A stretch of DNA of 64,000 nucleotides from Octopus vulgaris (lineage: Eukaryota): NCBI GenBank assembly GCA_951406725.2, contig OX597823.1, positions 4,092,001-4,156,000 of the forward strand. Reading direction: 5' to 3'. Position numbers and translations under genes: made by a program. The notes under the pieces were generated by a model that saw only the letters and a list, made by a program, of their open reading frames with translations, did not search any database and was not told where the DNA came from. Positions within the stretch are counted from its first letter, which is position 1, and the number at the start of each line of letters is the position of its first letter. Below, in pieces: positions 26,656 to 39,826 of the stretch.

Positions 26656-26881
26656 GGGCGAGCTGGCAGAAACGTTAGCACGCCGAGCAAAATGCGTAGC
26701 TGTATTTCATCTGCTGTTACGTTCTGAGTTCAAATTCCTCTGAGGTCGACTTTGCTTTTCATCCTTTCAGGGTCGATAAATTAAGTACCAGTTACGAATG
26801 GGGTTGATGTAATCGACTTAATCCGTTTGTCTGCCCTTGTTTGTCCTCTCTGTTTAGCCCCTTGTGGGTAGTAAAGAAATA
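26656..26881 (+). mobile_element. SINE family B (Deu/Nin-domain-like) with 18-bp target-site duplication
   Basis: GGCGAGCTGGCAGAA head, GAGTTCAAATTCC B-box, TTTCATCCTTTCAGGGTCGATAAATTAAGTACCAG (resembles the Deu/Nin SINE domain); flanked by GGTATTCTTAAAACTGGG at 26641-26658 and 26882-26899. Confidence 0.88.
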
Positions 26882-29800
26882 GGTATTCTTAAAACTGGGT
26901 AATACATTAAGTGTACTAGTCAAAGAATGGCAATGTTCTTTCTTGTAGAATTCAATGCAGTTTCCACTTACCAAATTTCTTCCCAAGACATGTGTCAGTG
27001 TGTGACTTTGGTCCTGTGTAATGAGATTGAACCTCAAATCACAGAGTTGCTAAGTAAATTTCTTAACCACACAACCATGCATCTATGTCTGACCATTTGT
27101 CCGTCCATCCATCCATCCGTCTGTCTGTCTATCATTCATTCAAGCTATCATGTGGTGTATCCATGTATCATCTTTCTAACTACTTGCCTACACACATGCA
27201 CATACATTGCCATGTCTGAAAAATGGAGAAATTTGATTTATATTCTGAGGGTGGTGCAGTGATTTAGGTTCTGTCTGCTATATCACATAAAGGGGTGGGA
27301 TATTAGGAAGATATCACTGATCTTAACCATTTGTTATTGTTTTTCTGTTTAAATACACTGCTTTTATTTCAGTTAATTTACAAAATAATGAAGAATTAGC
27401 TTCATCATTATCAAACTGGCGTTTGGAACATGAAATTTTGATGGAAGGTTTTCATGTAAATCTCTTTGAAACTAGGCATTTATCTCATAGAAGTGGTGGG
27501 TGGGGTGGCATGTTAGGCAGGTTGGTATCAAAAGAGTTAAGACCTGTATGAAAGTGTAAATGTGTTGAGAGAAAAAATACACGTAAGAGGCATCAGATGT
27601 GTGTAAGAGAGAAGACTGTGCTGGTGTGGTCATGTGCTGAGTATGGATGAAGACAGCTGCATAAAGAATGTGGAGGGGAATCCATGGGAGAGGAAGATGT
27701 GGGACAAAATAGGAGAAAGATTATGTTTAGATGTTGAGTTTCACAGAGGAGATGAGAAAGGATTGAGATAATTAGCAATTTTCTATGTTTACAAAGACCT
27801 GTTCAGCTAAGTAAAATAGAGGACACGGAGGCTTGTCCCTTCTGTCCATGCCCCATTCTCCACCCGAATTCACCACTCACTGTATTCCCTTGCACACAAT
27901 GTCCCTCTATTAAATCTCTTCCCCACAACATAACCCCTGACCCTAACACCAAGGTTCAAAATGGTACCAAATTCTATCAGTAGACAAACTGTATGAAGGT
28001 TCTTTGATGTGATCTGTCCTGTGGCTCTCATCCGTACAGAAATAGTGGATTAGCCCTTTTTGTATGGTTTAATCTTGTGAAAAATATCCATTCCTTTTAA
28101 TCTCCAAGGAATCTTTGAGCAAGAAAGAAAAAAAGATGTCTTGTTGGAGAAGATAATATTCATGAATCTTTATATGGATTAAATTTTGTTCAACGATACA
28201 ACCCAGAAAAAGAAACAAATAAAATTATTGGCTATTGTTTGTGCGTAATGAGAATTTTCTGTGGTTGGTCAGTGATGCACCCATTTGCATTGGAATATGA
28301 AACAAACAAGAAGAAATTATTATTATTATTATTATTTAGAGTTCTTCTAAACTTATTGAATAGATACAAAGAGATTAATTAGACAGGTCCTACTGCCTTG
28401 TGAGATGCATAAAGCTGTGTGTGTGTGTAAAATCGTTGTGTTAGTTTAGTGAAGAGTAAAATACTGTCATGAAACCAGGATCTTCTACACTTGAAAATGT
28501 CAGTATTAGTCTGGAATCCAATGGTTTTGGTATCCCCCAGAACTTGGATTGAGTGCTTCATTTGGAATACCTATCTTTATACCCTACCATGACCTTATAT
28601 AAAAGAACACAAATAGAGTTGTGTTCTTCTTTCATGCCTATGCCACACTTGGAGCCAACCCCAAGTCGGATCTATGGTCTATATTGGATTTGGTACCTAT
28701 GTATCTACATACCTGCAGTACTCTACCGACAGGTGACACCTAATGGTTGTTTTACTTTACTGTGATCTCAGTGTTGTTATGGTACCCAGCTAGTCCTGGC
28801 ATCCTATGAGTTGGTGTTCCTAGATTCTAATGAACCCTGAAACATATATGGGTGTCTGTCTGTGTGTGTATAAAACTATAAGCTTTTACAAGAGAAAGGT
28901 TGACTGTAACTTCCAGCTTTCAGTTTGCTTTCCTTTGTCACAGTGTGACAAAGGCAAGCAAGACAAAACTTCAAAGTCACTCTCAGTATTTTCCCTGTAA
29001 TGCTTTAATAAATAGAGACACAACTAAAAAACATTAAATAACCCTTCAGTTTAATGTTAAATTGATTTTATGTATATATGGCTTGACCTAGAAACAAACA
29101 TTACTTTGTGTGTATAAAATCTTTTACTTGTTTCACTCATTTGACTCCGGCCATGCTGGGGAATACACACATATCTGTGTGTGCCCTGTGTTTTTCTCTC
29201 TCTGGTATTACGCAGATTTACCTCCAAATAGGTTTAACCTGATAATTTTTCTTCAGGTGATCCAGTGTTCTACTTATTACTACTAAAACATTGAAGTGGG
29301 TGATGGGGGGGGGGGGGAACACTTTAGTCTCCTCTGAACTTTATTTATTTTTCTTAGTAGTGGTGGTGGTAGTGGGGGGAGGGCAGAAGATATCAAAGGT
29401 AAATTCATAGCATCATCATCATCATCATCATTGCTTTCACGGTTTTATTACTTATACTATTACTTCTTGTGTTATCGCAACTATTCCCAACACTATTGTC
29501 ACCACAAACAAAAAGCTTCTTATTTTGTCCCCTGTTAGCTGTGATCAACCAAGCTTGTCATCAAAGGTGTTCCGGCCTTGACCATCCTTCCTTTTTCGCA
29601 ACCATTGTTTAATGGTCATTATTAGATCATCATTGCACCTCCACATTTTTTTTAAGCCAATCGGATGTGATTTGAGAAGACTCGGTTGCTAGTTCTACCA
29701 GATCAAACACTTACAAAAAGGCTTCTTCATTACACTTGTAGTTAATTGGCATATCAATTAGTGCTACAGATAAACTTTATAATTCTCGAAGAAAAAAGAA

Positions 29801-31844
29801 AACTGGTCTCAGATCAAGAACGAAAGGTTTAGGGTTGTTGTCAAATAAAATTCCAGTTGAAAGGTTTGTCCTGATTTCACCCAACTGGTTTATCTTAACC
29901 AATATTTCCAGGCCATTTGAATTCATTTGCTCCACTAATAATCTTGAGAACATTTTCAACACACAGTTTCATTCACTATCCTTTTACAGATATAAAGGCT
30001 TTCTCTATATGTAATAGAAAAGAAAACCCCACAGTATTTGCATTAATTGCTAACCTTTTGACACCAACCCACCTAAAACTGTCCCTCATTCTTTGATACA
30101 AACTTCTTGTTTTAAAATTACCTAAATTAGAATTACCAAAATTTCTTGTTAATTTATGTTTGAAACACTTGTTTAATGACAGTGTTTTTAGTAAATTAAT
30201 TTCAAAGTTAATTGAAACAAAGGTAGTATATTTCAGCAGAAATATGGTAACAAAGGTTTTCTATAATCATAATAAAAAATGGTGATTTGGAGGCGAAATA
30301 CATGAGATGCTGTATTGCATTGTTCAAATGTTGCCATTCACTTTATTGTATGTTAGTCAAGGTACATTATTTTCCCTGATTTTTGTCAGCCTTCTTTATG
30401 ATTGAACAGATAGAATTAGAAAAAGCCATCCAACTGTGAATCATTTGTTTCTATAATTTATATCAATGAGGAAAGAGAATTGGCTTTAGAATTTCAAATC
30501 CCTCTTGGTCAGTCATAGTATTAGTGAGGCTTGGATAGTTAGTCGATCGTTAACCCTTTTGTTACCGTGTCCCTGTTTAAATATATTTTGTTTCATTTAA
30601 GTTTGAAAATAATGAAGAATTGGAATCAAATAACTTTGTCCCTGTTCAGCTGATATTTGGAACATAAATTAATATGGAACTTGATGGGAAGTTTTAAATT
30701 TAGATCCCTTTTCAACATTTTGTATCATAGAACCAAGGGAGGAAGTCCCAGGCAGTTGGTATCAGAAATTGAATGATGCCATCTGGAATTTAGTGTGGTT
30801 AAGTAAAAAGTGACTGGATGGTCATGGCTGGGATACCTTTGAACATAAGTCTCCTCAACCCTTTTGCTATCATGTTTATGTTGAAATGCATTATTGCCTT
30901 CGTTTCAATTTGGAAATTAATGAAGAATTTAGTAAAAATAACTCTGCCATTATTAAGGTGATATTTGAAGCATAAACTGAAAAGGAATTTTAATGGAAGG
31001 TATTGAGCATCAAAGCTCTAATTAGAAATAATTATACAATGAGGAGGAATGTGGTAGCAAATCGGCTGAGTTGGCAGAACATCAGCTGCATTGTCTTGCA
31101 GTATTTATTCCGGCTTCCTGTACTCTGTGTTTAAATCTGACAAGGACAACTTTGCCTTCTTTCCATTTGAGGCTGATAAATAAACCAATCCAGGTCGATG
31201 GATTGGTTCCAATATTAGAGTGCCAGGGAAGGGCTTTGCTTATCTGTTTCAACTCTGTGCTTTCTGAGTTCAGATTCTACCAAGATGCTTATAACCAAGT
31301 TAAATCAATCACCTCACCATGACAAGAGCCCCACTTCTAACCCTTAATTAGCCTAGCTTTGGCAGTCAGGCCTGAAATTTGCATGGATGCCTGAGTCTTT
31401 GTCTGACAAAGGGATCAAAAACTGACTGACTGAAGCTACAACATTACTGCAGTGACAATATTTTAACTATCATCATCTTAACATCCCCATTTCCATGGCT
31501 CAGATGGAATTTTCTCAAGGCAGATTTTTTACAGCCAGATGCTCTTCTTGTCACCAGTTCTCACCTGTTTCCAGGTAAGCTAATATTTCCTCATGACCAG
31601 ACATATTTTCACAGAGCATTGAAAACAAATGACACCACTTGTATGGTGGTGGCACTTGCTAACAACTCATGTGGTGTCCAGTCAGACGCACGCACGCTCT
31701 CACACACACACATACAACTGGCTTCTTTCAGTTTCCATCTGCTAAATCCATTCACAGGATTTCGGTTGACCTGAGGCTGTAGTAGATGACACTTGTCCAA
31801 GTTGCCTTTTAATGGGATTGAACTTAAAACCTTGTGGCACAAGC

Positions 31845-33050
31845 TCAGCAATTTGAGGGGAAGGATTAAGTCTGTGTCATCAACTCCATTTCTTAATTGG
31901 TGATTATTTTATTGACCCTGAAAGGTTGTATGGTAAAGTTCACCTCAGCAGGTTTGAACCTGGAATGCAAAGCCAGAAGAAATGCTGTTAGACATTTTGT
32001 CAGGTTTCAAATTTTGCCACAAGGTCAGCCATTTTGGGGAAGGGGATAAGTCGATTATATCGACCCCAATGTTTCACTGGTGCTTAATTTATTGGCCCCA
32101 AAAAGGTGAAAGGCAAAGTTGACCTCGGCAGAATTTGAACTCAAAATGTGAAGACAGACAAAATACCGCTAAGCATTTCACCTGGTGTGCTAACGATTCT
32201 ACCAGCTCGCCACCTTTATGGTTTCGAATTTTGCCACAAGGCAAAATAATGGGATGATCAGGTTATAGGTTTGTTCATTATAGGTTTGTTCAGCAAGAGC
32301 TGACACGGGGCTAAACAACAAGACATTGGCCTAGCATCAGTTATTGATGCTGGGCAAGGTGGACTTTCTTTCTCTTTGTAGACAACTCTTGGATGATTCA
32401 CAGCAATCTGGAGAAAGGAGACGAGTTGATTACATCGACCCCTCCCCTCCCCCTCACGTATTCAACTGATACTTGATTTATCAACTTGAGCAGAATTTGA
32501 ACTCATAACGTAGTGGCAGATGAAATACTGCTAAGCATTTTGTCCAGCACGCTAACTATTCTGCCAGTCTGCTGCCATAATAATAATAACAATAATAATA
32601 ATGTTTTTTTTATTTAGGCCCAAAGCCGATGATTTTGAAAGTAGAGTGTAGTAGACAAATCCATTAACCCCAGTACTTGAATTTATTTTATCAGCCCCTG
32701 GGAGATGAAAGTTGACCTTGGCAAGATTTGAACTTGGAAAGTAGAAAATAATTTTTCCTGGTACGCTAACATTTCTGCTAGCTCAACTCTAATAATAATA
32801 ATAGTAATAATCATAATAATAATTTAAAATTTTGACCCAAGGGCAGCAATTTTGAGAGAGGGTGGTAGGGGGCAAGTCAAATACATCACCCTTAGTGCTT
32901 AACTGCTGCAATTAAGTATCAAAAGAATGAAAGACAAAATCAACCCTGGTGACATTTGAATGTAAAAAGTGAGAAGAAATACTACTAAACATTTTGTCCG
33001 ATGGGTTAAAGATTCTGCCTGTTTACAACCTAATATTGACAATAATAATA
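31845..33050 (-). mobile_element. Cluster of about 5 SINE family B copies (one interrupted by a templated insertion)
   Basis: Repeated family B units, several separated by (AAT)n. Confidence 0.78.
32242..32400 (-). repeat. Inverted copy of 18225-18394
   Basis: Reverse complement matches 18225-18354 (2 substitutions, one 3-nt indel) and 18370-18394. Confidence 0.92.
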
Positions 33051-34446
33051 ATAATGATAATAATATATTAAGTAATCATGTGATCAATTTGGTATGGCGT
33101 CAGTTTTTTGGCTGGGAAGTTTAGTGTTCTCTGTTCTATCCTTCAGTCTGAGCTGTATCTCGCAACCAACTTTAGCTGTCAACAATGCAAGTAAGACTGG
33201 TAGGAAAATAATTTGGTTGCAGGGTACCAAAATAATTGGCAATTATCGTTGTCCAGTTTATAGCTTTGTATTGTCCAGCTCAGATCTTTTTTTTCCTTTT
33301 CATTACATGTGAACAAATGATCAAGTGAATGAGTGAATGAATGAATGAGGGAATGAGTGAATGAATGAATGGAGAAGGAATGTATTTTTTTTCTTTTTTT
33401 TTTTTTTTGCTTCCTGAAACAGAAATGAAAATTTTAATTAGAATATGATAATTATCAATCAGTATATCAGCATGGATGTTTTCATTGTCGAGTTGGTTGT
33501 TGTGCAATAAGTCAAAACTTCAGGAAATTTCGCACCGGCCACTTTAATTGAGCCTGTTGAGTTGTGTTTATTCCACGAGTGGTGAGTAGCTGTAACAACG
33601 AATGTGTAAGCCACCCCTTATAGGTAGGCGGCCACAAATAACCAGATAGCTGCATCACTGCCATATTGATTAAGCTATTGACGTTAAATGTCTCTCTTCT
33701 TTCACTCTCTCTCTCTCTCTCTCTTTGTCTCTCTTTGTCTCTCTATCTCTGTCTCTGTTAATCTCCGGTGAATAGATTTCTGGTGATTGCATGAAGAGAG
33801 AAAAACAAATATATCAACTACGTAATACAATGTTAAGATCTACCCAGTGTAGACTAATATAGACTAATATATAGATATTCATATATTTATATTTATTTTA
33901 CAACAGCCGGTCTGCTCGGCTATTACACACATCTATGAATCTACTGTTTCTTTGTCAATCTTTCTTTCTTTCCTTCCTATAGCTTCTAGAAATATCTATA
34001 ATCTTCAAGTGAAAGTGAATCTTCAATATTTATTTTAGAATTTCTGAAATATTTATTGTTTCTTCCTTTTCTTTAACTGTCTTGAAAATGAAAACAAAAC
34101 TGTCCTTTACAAGTGATTTTAAAAATATTATTGGAAAAAAACCAATCGCTGTTCTATAATAGTGATTGACTGGTAATGTTATGTATTTTCTCTCCGTTAT
34201 CGCCAATGTTTAACATCAGTTTCTTCCACAAAATATTTTTCCATGTCTGTTGAATATCAACATTTCCAAAACCTGTCAGTTATGCATTTTTTCCTAGTTG
34301 AATATTTATTTATATATTTGAAACACATATGGGATAAGAAAATGTATTTTGGTTAATTTGCATAACACATGCAATTTTATTTTTTTAAATCTTCTTTTAA
34401 TCAATCAATTTAAAACAAAATAAAACAAAAAAACAAACAATAACAA

Positions 34447-34776
34447 ATGTCCAGATCATCTTTCTGGAAAGTCCTTAGACAAGCTCGGTCTCTTAGTCCA
34501 AGACCAATCTCCAAAGCTGCTTCTAAAACTGAAGAAACTAAAGAATCTGATTCTGATAACACTACTAATTATATTCCGATATGGAGATCCAACCATTTGG
34601 ACCAATGTCACCTCTTGCCTTCTTCACAAACACTGGGACCTTTACACCGTTGTGATGAGTGTGGATCTCTTAGTTATTGTGATCATAAAATGTGCCAAAT
34701 TAGTCTGACAATAAAAGTCAACCCCTGGAAGACTTTACAGCCATATGTTACCTTTAAAAGTTGCTGCCAGAGTTTG
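34447..34776 (+). CDS. Candidate alternative first coding exon (110 aa) for a CH1-less spectraplakin isoform
   Basis: Non-repetitive ATG ORF MSRSSFWKVLRQ...KSCCQSL ending at TTG|GTAAGA after exactly 110 codons (phase 0, same as CH2 exon acceptor); AT-rich UTR-like sequence upstream. Confidence 0.62.
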
Positions 34777-34871
34777 GTAAGAAAATAATTTCATTCTGTT
34801 CTATTATTATCATTCTGTCTCTTTCCTCTCCCCACTTTCTCTCTCCCCCACTCTGTCTGTCTGTGTCTGTC

Positions 34872-34902
<31 letters not shown>

Positions 34903-36647
34903 GTATTCCAATATTATGTCACAGCAACTGGCTCCACCCCCCCGCCCCATAAAATGCTGCTCTACCCTAGACCTCCTCTACTTCACCAGTTCTATTTTCA
35001 CTACAACATCAACCCCCTCCTACCCCCTCTCCTGTCTCCCCCCCCTGCATCTTTCCAGTCTCTTACCACCTACACTCCTTGCATCCTTCATCCTAATCCC
35101 TGTTTAATCCTTCTTCCCTACGGCTTCATCCATCTGTTGGCAACACAACCTCCCCATACCTTAACTTAATCGAACATTGACAACACATAACCCTAGCTAG
35201 CCATAGATGTTCTGAGTTCAAACTTCACCAAGGGGGACTCTACATTTCATTCTCCCAGGTTGCAGTGGTGTTGGGGGGTGAAATCTAACAATAGCATTAA
35301 CAATTAACATGCTCTAGTAATTGCCATGGAAAAAGCAAAATGACCCTTACCCCCACCAGCTGCTTTGGATGTGACCTTGTGCTGCCACCTTGTGAGGTTT
35401 AGGGTATTCCGTTCAATACCCAGTGGTGTATTCTTTCCTTGAGCAAGATACTTTCTTCCACGTTGCTCCAGTTCACTCAGCTGGCAAAAATACATTGTAG
35501 CTGTAATTCGAAAGGATCTGTGTCATGCTGAATCTCCTTGAGAACTACGTTAAGGGTCCACGGGGCTGTGGAATGTTCGGCCATTTGCATGTTAATTTCA
35601 CAAGCAGGCTGTTCCGCTAAACGGATCAGCTGGAACACTAGTCTCGTAGTCACTGACTGTGCCAGTTTTTTGATAACCTTGTATGTCTGTTATTAAATCC
35701 TTATTTACTTTCACCTGAGCAGTTAGCCAGCCTTGGTGGAATTTTGTTTCGCTTTCTCTTTCTCTGCCCCGCCCCCTCTCATTCTCAACTTACATTGATT
35801 AAACACAAACGCTCACATTATTGGGCCATCACAAAAAAAAAGAAGGAAAGAAAATCCCCAGCTGTCTGAGCCAACTGGTAACATGTGCATATTTGTGTGG
35901 TTGTGTGTGTGTGTGTGTCGTCGTCATTTAATCATGATTATCGTTTAACATCTGTTTTCCATGCTGGCATGGGTTGGACGGTTCAGCAGGGACTGGCAAA
36001 TCAAAAGGTTTCACCTTAGCTGTGTTTGTATTTATGCATATCTGTGCTTGTGTATGTGTCCCAGATCAAATGTAGCCGCAGTTCATATTTCATCATCATC
36101 ATCATTTGACGTCTGTTTTCCATGGTAGCATGGGTTGGACAGTTTGACTGGTGTCTGGGAAGCCAGGAGGCTGCACCAGGCTCCAGTCTGATCTGGCAGT
36201 GTTTCTACAGCTGGATGCCCTTCCTAACGCCAACTACTCCAAGAGTGTAGTGGGTGCTTTTTATGTGCCACCGGCACAGGGGCCAGAGGAGGCTGGCAAC
36301 GACCTCGATCGTCAAGGCGGCGCTGGCATTGCCCACGTTCGGATGGTGCTTTTTATGTGCCACCGGTATATAACATCTAACATCATGACTGCCACTTTAG
36401 GCAAGAAAAGGCATAAACATCACTACTTCCCCTGTGTACCCCTGTACATCTCAGTTTCAAAATAACTTTAGTTTTTGCCATTGTCACATTACATTTAAGA
36501 GGATTACTACATTACTGTGAGGGGGTGGGGTGAGGGGCTTGTGTTTTATTATTTATTTTATTATTTTACTTTATTTTTTTTTCAATTGTTATATTTGAGG
36601 ATGGTCATATTTTGCCAATTAAACACACACACACAATACATTTAGCC

Positions 36648-36679
<32 letters not shown>

Positions 36680-36876
36680 CATTATTATATCAAAGCTCTT
36701 TCTTTGTGCGTCCTGTGACATCTTCTGCGTCTCCTCTTGTTCTGCTTATTCCATTCTCAACCCACAATTTCACACCAATTGCGAAACAAATACATATTTT
36801 TTGTTTGTTTGTTCCTCTAAGCATGAAACTTAAAAGTTCTCATGAAGCTGAGTGATGGGGGGTGGTGTAAATAGTT

Positions 36877-37300
36877 CACCACCACCACCAGCATTTAACA
36901 GCAATGCCAGGAAAGAGAAGCCAGCACCACCACCACCACCACCCTGTCATCAACACCATCATCATTGTTGTCATTGCAATTGCCTTTGTCTTCATCCTTT
37001 ACAACCACTTCCACCACTTCTACAAGCAGCATCACTAACAAGCATCATAAGCATTTCATCATCGTCCTTTGTGATTGCCACCACCATCACCACCACCACC
37101 ACCACATTGTCCATCATTAACAGAACCATCGTTGCCATTTCATCCTCATTATCATCAGCATCACTGGTAGAAACATCATTATCATTTCATCACTAAACAT
37201 TACCACCACCACCACCACCACCACCACCGTAGTTATCATTCCCAGCATCAGCACTATCAGAAATGTCCTGACCATTTCACCCCCATCATCATCATCATCA
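36877..37300. repeat. (CAC/CAT)n low-complexity tract; similar tract at 14537-14740
   Basis: Degenerate trinucleotide repeats. Confidence 0.8.
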
Positions 37301-37594
37301 TATTTTTCCCATACTCAGATGTGTTTGATGAGGAAAATTATCAAACATGTTTTAAGTTAATTTCAACCACTTTTCTTTTTTTTTATATTTCTGGGTGGGA
37401 TTTTATTTTTAACCTTTTATTTCTTTTTTCTTTCAACTATTTTTGATTTATCTTACGTGACATTAGAGTTCAGGTTTAAAGTTCGGTGTTTCTTGTTTGT
37501 AATTTTTATATATATATTTTAAAATCTGGTGTCCTGTTGGAGGAGTTCCAAATTAGAACTAATATATATATACATACACTATGTATACACACAC

Positions 37595-37629
<35 letters not shown>

Positions 37630-39826
37630 CTACACACACACAATCACACATTGTTCACTGAGCTTTATATATATACACACAATCACACATATATTGTTTA
37701 TTGAGCTTTATATATATAAATAAGGTATTAGATGATGTAAGCCATTTAGTATAAGGTCATGAGAAAGAGACTGCGTAAAGCATTCCAGGATCGATGAAAT
37801 AAAGTACCAGCCAAATACTGGAAAGGGTGTTGTTTATGTTATCAACTTGACACCTCCCCCTCAAATTGAGGACCTTTCTGCCTAAATTCGACACAGTTTT
37901 CATCTGGTGATGGGTGTTGGTGGTTGGTCGCATTTGTTTTTTGCTTTATTTTTAAAGGTTTTCCATTTATATTTTTGCCTCCTGTTCTACATAAAAACTA
38001 CGATTAACTATATCACGTTCGTTAGTCCAAGGCCTTAAGTTAATCTTGTAATTTTAGAAATAAGAAGATGAGTTGATTTTTATAAAGGTTAATGAATACG
38101 AGATGTCTGAGTAAATGATGTAGATGGTTTTGATTTGCATAACAACCGTCTGTCTGTGTATTGAGACATACATTTAGGCTGACGTACTATCGTAGTCTGC
38201 TTTCTTTGTGCTGTTGATAACACAAGGGATTGGATTGTAAATAAAGGAACGGAATTGAAAGACTAACATGTAGTTTGCTAGCATTAAAGTTTTAAGTTTC
38301 AAATCTTGCCACACTTGAATTGACCTTTAATACATTTGGGTATAATAAAGAAGTTACTTTAGTAGCATATTCAGACTTTTGTTACCATATTTCTGTTATT
38401 AATTCACTTTGTTTCAGTTAATTTTGAAAGTAACAGAGAATGGAATAAAATAATTTTCCATTATTAAGCTGGTGAAGCACGACGTTTGAACATTGGTCCA
38501 CACTGAGGTGATGACAGGTGACCCCTTGGGAGAAATGCTGTGCTTGAGAAGACCTAGCAAGCCAAGTGAGACCATAACTGTGGCCTATGCCAGTGCAGCA
38601 TAACCAACCCATTTAAGAGTACTCTTCAATCATTGGGCAATAAACTGCACTTGCAAAAACCTCTTGAGGCAAGTGAAGTCATCATTGTGGTCAATGACAG
38701 TACCGCATGATTGGCACCCATGCCAGTGGCACGTGGAAAGCACCATTCAAGCATGGTTGATGCTAGTATTGCCTGACTGGTCCTGTGCTGGTGGCACGTA
38801 AAAAGCATCATTCAAGCATGATTGTTGCCAGTGCCGCCTGACTGGCTCTTGTGCCGGTGGCACTTAAAAAGCTGAATTTACCAATTACAAACCAACAAAA
38901 TTCTCTGTAGTGCTTTTTACTGATGTGAATTTTCTACCACTGACGGTACCTACACCGAGTAAAGCAGACCTGATTTAAGTTCCTTGTCTATGGCACCATT
39001 TCTCAACAATGGAAACTTTACAATTGTTTAAATCAGTTGACGAATCTAGAGAATATTAATAAATGATTAAATAAGATCTTCATGAACCGAGGAGGTGAGG
39101 TGGGGGGGTAATAAATTTGATAATATATTTTTTTCTTTTTTTACTAACCACCAGCATGTTTAGATGTTTTATTACAAAGAGTTTTTATTACTGGTCAGTT
39201 TGACCAGAGTGATTGCAACTTCACAAGAATCTTTGTTGCAATGCCAGTATAACTTCCTTGTAATTTCACACACACACAATCATACCCATGCGTGCACCAT
39301 GTTATTTTAGGCTTGTGGGTCAAGTGCTTAATAGCACATAAGTTTTATAAGTTTTAAATTATGAAATCAAATCTGGTTGTGACTTACTTTACTTTTTATC
39401 ACTCTGTTATAATTAAAATAATTATTAATTTTCTAGAGCCATTTCATTTTACTGGACTTTTCAAGCTTACAGAAGCTAGCCTTCTGTCACTGAATAATAA
39501 TTTGTTAATATTTCTTTCGTCACCAGAACTTGTTAAATCCAACATTAATGAACATTACAGCAACTTTTCTGTTCTCTATAAAGTCTAAGCCTTGTTCTTA
39601 CAAGTCGGTATTTTCCTTATTCTGGCCTTTGTCCCCTCTTCTATTTCATAAAGGAAGCTAATTAATCCAATATAAAAATGTTGTTATGTTTGCAGAGGGG
39701 ATAGAGTAACATTGCTGTTTTCCTTCAAACAGTAGAGAGGCTTTAAAATAGCAGAGACAGAGAATTGCTTTAATATTCTACATCAATGAAATAACCTCAA
39801 TATTTTTCTCTTTTTCTTTTCTCTAG

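Noticed and set aside
36852-37196. Pro/His/Thr-rich ORF
   Set aside because: (CAC/CAT)n repeats, non-ATG start in the ORF track, no donor
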